DNA from: Cycas panzhihuaensis
Lineage: Eukaryota > Plantae > Cycadophyta
Assembly (NCBI GenBank): GCA_023213395.1
Contig: CM041465.1
Span: forward strand, 211,055,741-211,119,740
Direction of reading: 5' to 3'
DNA: 64,000 nucleotides
Part shown: positions 1 to 12,330 of the stretch, one piece after another
Position numbering within the stretch: the first letter of the stretch is position 1
Layout: each line of letters opens with the position of its first letter
Made by a program: the position numbers and the translations under genes
The notes under the pieces: model-generated
The model's database searches: none
Told to the model about the DNA's origin: nothing
The model's input: the letters and a program-made list of their open reading frames with translations, nothing else

Positions 1-1950
1 TGAAAACCTTTAATACAAGTAGGACTTTTATCCAATGTTTTGAGTTGCAAGGATCACATAAGTAAGATGGGGATAACATTAAAAGAACACCCATAATCAA
101 CAATAGCATGATAGATGATTATGTCACAAATGATTACCTAAACCATAGATGGTCTAGGATTAGGCCAAGCTAAAATATAAATAGGAAGTAAATATAGGTC
201 AAAGGATAAAACTTGAGAAGAGGTTTCAAAAGATTATATCCCTAAAGTATTAATGCAATTTTTCCTATGTAAAGGATAATGTTCCAAAACATCATACAAT
301 AACATCCCTAATGAAATACTTTTAAAATTATTAACAAAGGAATATGAGGGAAAAACTTTATTCCCTATAATTAGAAGAAAAGGTTTAAAAAAACTTTGAT
401 GTACAAGGAATATAAATTGTTGCAGGTGGTTTATATTCCTTTAACTATTGATCAAATTATATATCTTACTTTACAACTTTTAAATGGGTTTATACTGCAA
501 AGACATGAGATAAATCAATGTCATTGGGCTCAATTAGATATATTTGTAAGATAAGTTTCTTTCCAATTACTTTACTAGACTCATATGGTTTAAAAATTTA
601 AATTCTAGGAGAAGTTTGAGGGACAAAGTTAATATTTTATCCTAATGGGGTATAACTAGGGATAAAAGTAGGTTCAAAAGTATTTAATTTAGGAGTGGAG
701 AATTAACAACCTATTATTTACAAAGGATTTGAAGTTAGGGGATGATGAACCTACAATGTATTGAGTTGGTTCTATAGACTCTAAAATTGAGCCATAAGTT
801 GTTGCTAAGCATCAATAGGTGAAGCTTACATCATATGCATGGGACATTCATTGTTATTATTTAGAAATGGGTTTTTATACATTCCCATGTCTTAGTTGAG
901 ATTCAATGGTTGTCCTTGATGTATTTGAGTTTAGTTGGGATAATTACGATTAGTACGAGTGGTAATTAAATAAATCATTCACAACAAACATTCTCTCAAT
1001 GGTTATTTTTACTATAATAATTATAGTAAAGAGGTTTTACTCAAGGCTATTACTACCTATTTATAAGAGTAGATGGAAGGTTATTTTGTAGACAAGGATA
1101 AGAATTACATTGCCCCCTTGGCTAATAAAAAGGAGGTCTATTTGGTTGTCATTGTATGTCTTAAACAAAAGAATTATAAGGATCGTTATATGTAACCAGG
1201 TTTTAAACTGATTGTATTAATTAGGTAATTAATATAACTAGGTCAAATAATGATGCTAGAGAAGAAGATTGAGTGAGTTGTTTGAATGACTTGTTGAGTA
1301 GGTTGATATGGAGGAGGTAAGGATGATCCTCCACCAACAACTCCATCACCATTAGGATCATTGGGTCGAATGATTTGTAAAGGGGTTAGGGTTTTAATAG
1401 TCATCAATCTTGACTGAATTAAAGCATTCTTGTATTAACAAGTAAGTTATTTAGCTTCATAATAAGATTTAGTATTTTTTTTTAGAAGTTCAAAATGAAT
1501 GACACTAGTTAGACTATTTAGGAAGGCCTATTTAATAGTGATGTCATCTAGAGGGATAGTATAACAAATAACCAAATTTTAGAAACCTTTTATATGCTGA
1601 CAAATATCTTAGTGGGGAGTTTGTTTATATGTTAGCAAAGTGCAAAGACCATCACCCTTGACTTTTAGTAAAGAAAAATGATTGAGAAAATTCTTAAGCA
1701 ATTCTCTGGTATTGTTAATTGAATTTGAATGGAGTTTTACAAACCAAAAGATACTAGCATCCCCTAAAACTATATGGGGGAAAAGCCTCATTTGAATAAT
1801 ATCATCACAAATTTGAGCAATATTATGGAAAGCACCAATATGCTTTTAGGATCCTCATTTGATTTCCTATAAAACTTAGGTAAACCAGGTGGAATAATGG
1901 GCATATCTAGAACCAATGCTAGTAGGCATCACAGCCATGATGGGACAAGA
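1..1950 (-). mobile_element. Degenerate Ty3/Gypsy gag-protease region (runs off the left edge)
   Basis: ORF 1609-1791 (RLFPHIVLGDASIFWFVKLHSNSINNTRELLKNFLNHF) fits the Retrotrans_gag motif. The minus strand near 60-130 reads HAIVDYGCSFNVIP, a retroviral aspartic-protease-like D-x-G-S motif. Many stops. Confidence 0.7.
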
Positions 1951-2493
1951 CTTATATTGGTATATGAAGAGGAAGACTGACTCCCTTCTAGAATACTTAT
2001 ATTGACTTTAGAAATGTAAGACTAGTGATGATAATACCAAATTATAATAAATAGGATATTGATAAAAAAAAACATTAGATATGAAATGGTAAAATCATTA
2101 AGAAGGTGGTATCGAATAATCGATTTATAAAAGCCAAAAGCCTCTTTAAGAGTTTGCAGTTAAAGAGTTGATAAACCTCTTAGCCTATGAGAAAATCTAT
2201 TAAGGTTAACTAAAACCCCAGGATGCTAGTGCGTCATTATAGAGAAGGTATATGTGACTATAATAGGATTATGATTCAAGTCCCTAGTATGGTTGCTGGA
2301 AAATGTCAATAAAGAAAAATGTAATAATCTTAGTTTTTACTTAAATATATACTATATGCCATAGTAAGGAGTTAAAATCACATTATAATCAACCTTTTGT
2401 AAGTTAAATATATATTTCCTTAAGAAAAAGACATGCAATTGAATGACACTAAATGTGTGTATTACCTTTATACAAAATTTAATCTTGAGGGGT

Positions 2494-2516
2494 AAAAAAA
2501 AAAAAAAAAAAAAAAA
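2494..2516. repeat. Poly(A)23 tract
   Basis: Direct reading. Confidence 0.95.
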
Positions 2517-3240
2517 CTCTTAAATGTGCAGTTCAACTCACTCTAAAGAAAATACCAATATTTAGCTATCATGCCAATATTTTATTTATAGTAAGTGAGA
2601 ATGGCCATCCTAAGGTCTTTAAAGCTACCTATAAACTCCTTTCACTAAGGATTACTGAGTGGTTTGTCCTAGTTTATATAGCTTAAGCATGCAAGAACCA
2701 TTGTCTCTAACCTTGGCGATGAAATATAAGGTAAACCATAAGAGGCATTGAGAAACGATAAAAAGTATTAGTGGCAACAAGATAAAACTCTATATGGTCT
2801 TTCTAGAAAAGGCCACTTAGCGAGCTACGACTTCATGACACGCTCCTAAAGAACGATCATAGAATTAACCAACTTATTCTTTAGTACCCCCATAACTATC
2901 AAAGTTACTTATAGCCTAGTTTTTTATGAATGGGTCCAAGCAGATAAAGTGCACCCATGTGACCACACCCTACTAGGAACTTGTCCTAGTTGGTTGAGAG
3001 ATTGACATACTCTTGGACCGCACATTAAGGAAGGGTCTTAGTTTAGCAATTTCTTTGTAAAAATAATGGAATAGGATTTTGACTCTGTAAACATCTATGA
3101 TGTACCTATAGACCCCCAAAAGATATGATGGATCGATAAAATGAAAATGCTTTGATGATAATGCCTCGATTAAAAACCTAATATAATAAAATATTTTGGT
3201 CTAAAACACTAAACAAATAGCACATGTATATGATTTAAGA

Positions 3241-3250
3241 GGTGGCGCCA
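3241..3250 (-). promoter_or_regulatory. Putative primer-binding site (TGGCGCC type) of the left-edge Gypsy element
   Basis: Plus strand ggtggcgcca = minus TGGCGCCACC, upstream of the gag region in the correct orientation. The adjacent LTR could not be delimited. Confidence 0.35.
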
Positions 3251-3322
3251 AAGATCTAGCAAATCTTGAATTTATTGTATGTGTTTCTAAAACTAAAATT
3301 AAAAAAATTGCTACTTTTTGTA

Positions 3323-3352
3323 TACACACATACACACACACACACACACACA
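3323..3352. repeat. Imperfect (CA)n microsatellite
   Basis: tacacacatacacacacacacacacacaca. Confidence 0.85.
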
Positions 3353-6300
3353 TTATAATTTTCTAGTAATAACAATGCATGCTAAGCCATTATAGGAGTT
3401 AGTGTAAAATCAAATTAAAAAAGCTTACTAAAACCCCAATGCAACTATATGAAATAGTTTTATCCCGTTTGTCTTTGGTTTTCTAAATTTAAAATTGGAA
3501 TCGAACTATATGCTTATGCATTTTAGTTTTCCCTTTTTAATTCATTTTAACCAATAATGAATAGAAGTGTGAATGCATCTAGATTGCACCAAACCTATAT
3601 CATCATTTTTCCTATCAAAACCTCTTTTCATTTACTTATATGAGGGTTAAAAAGTGGCCTACCTATGTGCTGCACAAGGATGACCAAATGAGTATATGAT
3701 AATCAAATAAAAATTTATCAGAATTTTATATAAAACCCTACTTTATAGCATGGAAATAAAACAATGAATATCAATCTAATAAGCAAATAGAGTAGCCCTT
3801 ATTCTATGACAAGTATATATTAAATTTGCATGCAACAACCACAGTAGATGATTAATATCATTAATGGTTGTTATAACATGTCAACAAGTATGTCATTTAT
3901 CCTTATCATGAGACACATTTAATTGTTGCACTTTCCCTCTAATAGGCACTTGGTTTCCACGGTGTATAGTGTAGATCTGTTTGTTTAAATGTTCATCATA
4001 AGTCAATTAGAGAATGTGAATAAGTGAATATTATTTTGAAGCCTTTGAGGTTTGGTGTAGAAAGATTTAATAATTATTATTAGGCACATAAAAAGAGATT
4101 TATTTTACCCTTAAAGAAATTGTAATGAAGTATTCTTAAGTGGTAATGTCTTATAATAAATTCAAGTATTCTTTGAAATATTAATTTTGAAACATGTTGT
4201 AGTGTTTATTTATTGTTTATAATTTTGCATATAATTAAAACAAAACATTAAAAGTTTACTTTCAACCTTTTAAATACATTCAGCCATTTACAAACATGTT
4301 TAAAAGTTTTTTTTCAAACAACTTTAACCATGGATACATTAATGAATTTCTCTAAATATATAACTCATATGTCTCAAGAAAGTTTATTTGAAAATGTGTG
4401 TTCAATGTTTGCTAGGAGTGTGTTGAAAAGGTGCATTTTTCTTTTAAAAAATGTGCATAGAAGTATAAAATAAAAGAATAATATAAACTATCCTAAGGTA
4501 AGGTGTTCGGGTGAGTCCACAAGACTCAAGCCCATGACCTACTTATGCCAACTATTTAATACACCCATTAATTCAAAGAAAAAAACATCAAATATTTAAA
4601 TCACAACTAATAACACACACACACACACACATATATAAGGGTTGAGTAATCAAAATACTCATAATGAGGCACCTTCGTTGGACTAAATATTATATATATA
4701 GAAAAAACAGTCATCCAATTATCTCATGAAATAAACGACGATGGAATAAAGCACTTCAAAAAAATATTAATATGTCGCCGCATTGCTGATCCTTGATAAG
4801 GAATGTTTGATTATACAGCATGAGCATGATAGCGTGATCACATATATGCATTCTATGGACAGATATGATCTATTCGGGACAAAAACGACCCCGTTGTAGT
4901 TGGGTTTAAAGTGATTCAAGATCATTTATGTGACGACACAATAATCATTAAAATGAGTACATGCTCTGGTTCGAAAGCCTATAAATAACCCCGTATATGG
5001 CAACGTAATAAGTGTTGAAAATAATATGTGTTAAAAATAAATATGTCATGTTTGACGATTGCGTGAAGATTATTTCCCCATGGACAGTCATGGCGTAATT
5101 ACAGCTTTGTAAAAGAGACTGCCAAATAAAAGAATATTTCTAGATACATAAAGATGACGCCTCAATGCACAGACAAAGCAAGGAATGGGCTACAAATTTC
5201 TAATTTTAGGGAATGATTTAATAAATCAATTCGCTTAATCATACAACAATCAATAGTCAAACTAAATAACTGTTCATAGGCGTTCAAAGCTTGCCACTGA
5301 AAATGTAATTTATAGTATACAGAGATAGTTGCTAATATCAATGGGCAATTAAGATCAATGCTGACTGCCTACGTATGAAGGTAGTTCAATTAGTGGGCAA
5401 TTGGATGAGCTGTATTTAGGCGACTCGATGTATGGTGAGGCAACGAGTATTGCAGGTAGATTTTACAAACATAACCACAGACATAGAAGACAAGTATCAA
5501 ATGGGCATCATTACAGGCAGATCTTACGAGTATTTATAAGCGTAATAACAACTGTGAAGGATAAACATCAGATGAGCGTCAATGCGAAGGAGATAGATTG
5601 GATACGGAATGTAGAAACTGGGTGATTTTATTGCAGGCAGATTTATGCAATGAGAAGGCTGTGATCGCATCTACAAATGTGCGAATAATCTGGTCGAGAG
5701 CGGGTGGCTATATGTATGATACATAACAGCCTAAAAATGTAGCATTAAAAACTCAAACATATTGTCACTAATAAAGAGGCATCTTCATATTTTTTTTTAT
5801 GGGCATGCATAAGCTTTTAAATCCATGATTGATGTGTACCAAGGAAAATGACTTGCAGATATTTAATACATTCCAAATTAATTATAAGGAAGTATATGTG
5901 CAGATTTGAGCAATGTTTAATCACATAGCTGGAATCGCTCCTCCATTTGAAGATGAGTTGGTCTATTGCTCTCTCCCTCTTTATTATATCTCTTTCCAAG
6001 CCAAACTCCATTCTTACGTTAAGAGGTACTTTTGTCTTTCAAATGCATACGCTAATATAGGAAGGTGCCAAACAAAGGATGAGAAAGATGAAAATAATAA
6101 ATTAAATGACGTGTTTTTAGCCCCAGAAATCCAAAATTTTAAAACTGATCCCTTTCCATTTCATTAACAATATCATCTAGGGAGGGCATTCATTGAATTT
6201 GTTGGACAACAGATTGAATGAAATGCAACAACCAATTCATGGTTATCCCCTTTATTTAATAGAATTTAGTCTAAAGTTTAAATAAAAGACCCCCTTAAGG

Positions 6301-6419
6301 GGTAGAACAAAATTACATAACTTAAAGGAGGTAAAAGATTTCATAGGTCCTAGAAGAACAACATAAATCCAGGACTTTAAGAATACAAATTTAATATTTT
6401 ATATTGTATCAACATGATG

Positions 6420-7950
6420 CACGTGTTCAATCTCTTCTTTTGCAAAATTGCACTTGGAACGCTTTTGCATATAAAAGATTTAGTTGTAAAATGTTTAAGA
6501 CCTTCTTTATAGGGTAAAATGCCCTTTCCAAGTCCTACCATATATTATAATATCATTAAAAGAACAAGCACAAATTTTTACAAGAATGGCACCAATACTT
6601 TATTCATGGTTGCCTAGAATGTTGTTGGGGCATTCGTGAGGCTGGAGGAAACTACCTTGAACTCATAATAACTATAATGAATACGAAATGATGCTTTTGA
6701 TATGTCTTCCTCTCTAATCTCAATCTAATAGCATCTTGAATAAAACTTGTTTTTTGTAAAGTACTTAGTTCCATATAAATTATCTAATAACTTGTTAATT
6801 TTTAGAATTTAGAAATAATTCTTTATTATGGCCTTGTTGAGAATATGATAGTTTATTGTAATAAGCCAAATGCCAAGGAAGATATTGAAATTATTTTCCT
6901 AATATTTTATTAATATGTTAAAGTTGCCTCCAATATTAATGACACATACAATGAGGTTAAGCCTTATGGAAGACCATGGTTATTATTGTTTCTTTGACAG
7001 TATATTAATCCTCCATTTGGGTGCTTCTTGTATTTTATTGGATATTTCAATGAATTGCACTTATTGCTCTCTATTATTACATATCATTACTTTATAATTA
7101 CTATCTAATTTATTATCTTTTGTTACTTAATATTATATGTTGGATTCATTTACTATCATTATTATCTTTGTTATTACATTTATTTGTTATTGTAATCATT
7201 TCTACCATCACATTATTGCTCGAATTCTTTACTTGGGTAGCTATAGTTCTATTAGACTGGGTCAAATTTAAAGATTGTTCCAAGTATCTTTCGTTTACCT
7301 CCTTACAGAAGAATATTGGCATTGTTATTTACTAAATATGTATCTATCACTCAACATGAATGTTATAGCCAAGTCCTTATTTGTTGCTCCTTGGGTTCAT
7401 CTAGATATTGGGTGTTTTCATCTTACTATCTATGGTTTGTTAAATCCAAGTGTATTACATTCGCATATAGCATGATAAAGTTCTAAGGTAGCAAATAGTT
7501 GGGTATTAGTATTGCTATTTAGAGAGCTTTCATGAAGAAATGATGTTATAGTAGGTAATAGCATTGATTCTATGTGCTTTTTAGGCCATGAACATAAAGC
7601 CCAATACCATGTTTATGATTTTCCCTCTTATGTTATATTTACAATTGTTATAGCCACTAAGAAATGGGAGATTATTATATGCATAAATAACAACATACAC
7701 AAAGGGTGAAAATAGGGTTTATTAATTGGTTTCTTCATCTCCATATAACAAAAATCTTCTTGGAGCTCTTATTAAAAGAATAAAGGCAAAATAACTCAAA
7801 AATTAAAGAGAATAAATGTAGAACAAGGTAGAAATTAAGGAGAAACATGGTTCTCATGATCTTCTTCATCTTTAGATCCATTATATATATGATGCCAACC
7901 ATATATACAATTATCATCTTATGTTGTTATTTGTTGGCATTATTCATGCT
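6420..7950 (-). mobile_element. Degenerate Ty3/Gypsy gag-RT remnant
   Basis: Minus strand gives RT motifs LTNAPTTF (~6620-6645) and YAKxSKCxFxKEEIE (~6430-6480). Gag-like YVHGLK at ~7580-7600. Heavily interrupted. Confidence 0.65.
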
Positions 7951-10528
7951 ATTTCAAGTTTTTGAAAGAGAATAAAGATCATTGTGGCAAGAGAGTAGTC
8001 ACTTAATATTGCCTTAGCTTCCAATAGTTTGAGTTATATACATTTGTTTCACAACCCTTTTTACATGTTATATAGCTCCCTTCAACATCACATAAGCTAA
8101 GCAATTAAAATCTCATTGCTAGTTCACAACTTAGTTGTGATTTTCATTCTCATATAACCTTAGGGTTTATAATTTATTAAGGTCAAAATATTCTACATAG
8201 ATTATTCATTTCTTAATTTTTATTTATTGCCTTAAGTAAAGGACTTGGGTCAAATATTAACTTATTAAACCCCACTAGCGTAAAGGGGTCACATTTTTTA
8301 AGCCTTTTATCTTCCATGTTTCTTTGTGATATTTGCTTATTTCTGTGTGTTTCCCGACTACCGGGAATGGGTTCTTGGCAAGTCGACGTAGGTAAGTGCA
8401 GGTATGCTTCTATCCTTTGGCTTTACTACTTCTCTAGAAAGGTAAATCGAAGCATCCTTTCATTGCATGGCTGACTGATACATTTGAGTGATCATCTTGC
8501 ATCCGTTACTTGATCATACTGCTTGTTACTCTTTCAGCCTATGGCGATCAATGGGACATGCATCCCCATGGCACTCCACAACCCTCCTTTGCACCTCCAT
8601 GTTGTCCTAAACACCACTAAGCCCGTGTGATCTGTCACATCCCTTACCGTATTACAACCCTTAGCACCCTGCTAAGTGTGATTGGTATATCTTTACTACA
8701 GTTATCAGTTTCTTAGGAGTCCTGCCATTCTAGTACCCCATCTGGTTTAGGTTATCCTCTTCACATGATTGTCGCCAGCCATCTAGACAAAGGGTCAGAC
8801 CCTCCTAGGCCTAGGGTACCCTCTTTTAAGGCTCCTAAGCATCTACTTTTGTCATGTTTTTATCTCTGTTACCGCACTGCGGCAAATGTCACGGTACCAC
8901 GATAACTTTGCGGTACTGTGAAGTTTGTCGCGAGGCAACTGTCACTTAGCATTTTTTAAAATTAACTGTGGTAAATTTTGCTTTTTCGTGAAATTACCAC
9001 GTGGCTTCGACCCCTCTTGAGCCCTACCTCAACCCTAATCATCCATTTAGCCTAGGGTTAGGTATAAAGCCTAAAACAACCTCATTTTCCATCTCTTCTT
9101 CCACTTTCTCTTCTCTCTTCTCTTTCTTCCACATCAGTTTTTTATAGGAACGCCCTGCAACACTTGAGTTCCCTGTGCTCCACCCTGAGATCCACCCATT
9201 GCAGCTCTGATCCGCAGTAGCAGGCTCACCAATAAACGTCTCCAAGTAAGGACTCACTCCCAAGTTTAGCCTCCACGCCCTTCCTACAACTTTCAAAAAG
9301 TTTGTTTCCAGATTACAGTATCCTCCTAAGGACCCCCCCTATAAGAACATTAAATCTACTATTTCCTACTATTTTTAGTGGCAGACCTGCCTCCTACTCA
9401 GCCTAACGGGTATCATTTCATTGTTGTTCTATGTCTTTCCTCTGAACTGCCTTACAAAATGTTAGATCTTTGAGAATATCTCTGCTTCGTTTCTTTCATT
9501 TCTGCCCACTTCATATTCCTACCCTCTCCTAATTTTTTCAAGGAGGTTGTAGGAGAGGATCCTAAAGAGTGAGAGAAAGGAGCCAAGGTGGGTTCCATAC
9601 CCAACTAGGCCTGCTCCTCAAGGGCAACCCCTTTCTTCTCTTTCCTCTTTTCCACTTGTGCCTCTCTTGTGTTACCAGGGAGTCTCTAGGAATTGGGCAG
9701 TGCTAGATATCAGTGTATGCAACCCTTGCTGCACTATTTCCAGGCCTGCACACCTCTCTTAGGTAGTCCTTCCAGCCCCAAACGGTATCCCTCATCCATC
9801 TTGGGCCTTGGCTTGGCCAACGTTACAATTTGCTGCACGTAGCATACTTGCAACATAGGCAATATTCGTAAACCTCGTGATGTTTGTTTCCCTTACTATC
9901 TACTTCTAATAGGTTGTCCCAACCTATTGTTTCCTGTCTCTAAGGGCAGCATGGAGGTGCACTTATTGGAGGGTTATCCATTCCGAGGCTAACCTGCCTC
10001 ATACCTTGTCTTGTGTTGTTGGTTCTCTTGAGAGATGTAGAGTTATTCTTTGGTGGAAGATTACTTAACTTTAAGTGCTTTAACTTGTAACGTTTCAGCA
10101 TTTTACTATTACATATATATACATATATTTGCTTTGTAGCCTAGTAGCCCCTTGAGAAAGGGCAAGGAACTTTATGATTGCAGGTTTACTGCACCATTTA
10201 CAAAGAAGGATAAACAACAATAATCCAAGTGCATTTCTTGGCCTCCTTTTCTTTGGTTATTCTAGCCATTTATGTAGTTCTTTTTTCCTTTGTGTTTTTC
10301 TTGCTTCTTTCCTTTCGTTTTTGGGGAGGTAAGGAAACCCCTATGCCGCTCATGTGTCAAGAGAGGGAAAAGAAGAAGCGGGTGTAGCGCAAGATGAAGA
10401 TTACGTTTCAGCTACATCATCCTTCCAGGTACGTCGCTTTTATTTTGTTGGTATTTTCTTGCTTCTTTTAGTTTATATGTTTGCATGAAAAGAACATAAA
10501 GGAATAAGGTAAAAGGGAACCAACTTAC

Positions 10529-10908
10529 TGTTAAGTTTTTAACATGGAGAACACTCATCAACAGCAAGATCAATAACATCAATATAGATTAACACAATAT
10601 AATCAGAATATATTACCATATCAAAAGCACCAAAGACTCAATATGAGCTTTGATGATGTGATGTCTTTACATACTACCTCAACCACCTTATATACAAAAG
10701 AGGTGGGAGACTATACATCCCAAGTAATGCATGTGGGACAAATACCTTTATCCTCACCAATAACATTACACCACAAACTTTGACCAATAAGTTTCTATCT
10801 TTTTACATAGTATTATAATGACCCTTTGACCCTAAGACTTAGGACTATGACTAATAATCCAAGGACCCACTTTTACTTAACCATACACATTAAACATTAT
10901 TTCTAACA
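10529..10908 (-). repeat. 3' LTR (380 bp)
   Basis: Direct repeat of 15096-15475 with 11 substitutions counted by eye. Followed on the plus strand by cctcccctt (PPT on minus). Confidence 0.95.
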
Positions 10909-11580
10909 CCTCCCCTTAATGTTTAATGTTTGAACTAAGGACAATTTGACATACATTGACACTTGACATGAACTTGAGACATTAAAGATAATATAACTAT
11001 CAATAGACTCTAATACACTTTGTCTTCTTTGAATCTCCACCGCCTTGATCTTGGAAAGGTCTTGAACACCGTGTCTTGGGTATGGTCTTGGTCTTCAACC
11101 TTGTAGTGTCCTTTCTGGAGTTGTCCTTTGAACTGACGATCTTTGAGCTTTGCTTCTTTCAGCTTCATACATAGTTGAGAATCCTTTGACATGCTGAACA
11201 AGTAGTGAATGATGGCTAATTCCACATGATCCTGCATGTACTCATCAAAGATATCTATCACCTGTTTACTTCCATTTTCTTGATCGTGAGTGACCAAAAA
11301 AATAGATGTTAGCAATATCATCATTATCCAAATGTAGAAATGAGACATCATCATTATCCTCCCCTGAAGCAATGGATTTATTGAGTCAAGTTCCTGTAAT
11401 CTGTGTGATATACTTTGCTTTCTCTGTGTCACTCAAAGGGTTCCATGTACTAAGTATAATGAGTATTTCTATGATACTCACATGCATATACTTTCTGATT
11501 ATGGATATACATACATGGAACATTGTTTCAATATGATTGACTTTCATAATTAGGTAACCTATCCAAAAGGCAATATGAAT

Positions 11581-12330
11581 TCAATAAGCAAGATCTTGAT
11601 GATAGGGTATCCTCCTTATGTTCCTTTGAAAATAACTTTTTAGTGCCGCTCTGGGATATGCTGTTATAATTTTGATCTTTTCAAAAATGAGAATGGAGGA
11701 TGTAACTGAGTTAAGGGAGATCATGGACAATTTCCAATACATGCAAATTACTGTATGACCTGTCACCATTTGAATTCTTCCTATCAACTTGTCAGCATAA
11801 ACTAGGATAACATTATCCATACCTTTTGTTAGACAACTCGTGCCTGCATGAACTATTACCGCCAAGGATTGGTGCCTAGAATCTTCAACCTCCAAGGCTA
11901 ATTTCAAGATATTTGAAGGAGTCATGGTTTTGTCATGCTGGCTTTCCCTTTTTTCTTTTCTCTTCAACTTCTTCCTTTGTTTTTTTACTCTTTTGATTCT
12001 CTGCTGCACTTCTTCAGGTCCTTTTTCATGCACTTCTGTCAATAGTTTCCAAGCGTCCTTAGCTGAGTTTGAATTCTACAGAACTTGAATAATAAAGTTA
12101 TAGGAAGTAGGGAGGTTATCCTTATCAATGGCTGCAAGTATCACGTCAATAACAATTTAGTTTTTCCTTTTGAAGATTTCCTCCCCTTCTTCGTGAACCA
12201 TTTCAGTCCCCATGATTGTTTTCCAAAGTTTCTTTACTACAAATAGACTTTCCATCTTAATTTTCCAAAAACAAAAATTAGTTCCAATATATTTTGGCAA
12301 AGGGAAGGAAGATCGATAGCCGAGATTCAT
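11581..12330 (-). pseudogene. Copia gag (DUF4219/UBN2-like N-terminus), interrupted
   Basis: ATG at 12330 gives MNLGYRSSFPLPKYIGTNFCFWKIKMESLFVVKKLWKTIMG...SAKDAWKLL, then runs into ORF 11581-12042. In-frame stops present. Confidence 0.8.

Noticed and set aside
5401-6167. Short ORFs in the CpG-rich island as a small gene
   Set aside because: No recognisable domain or splice structure; lengths are within chance expectation.
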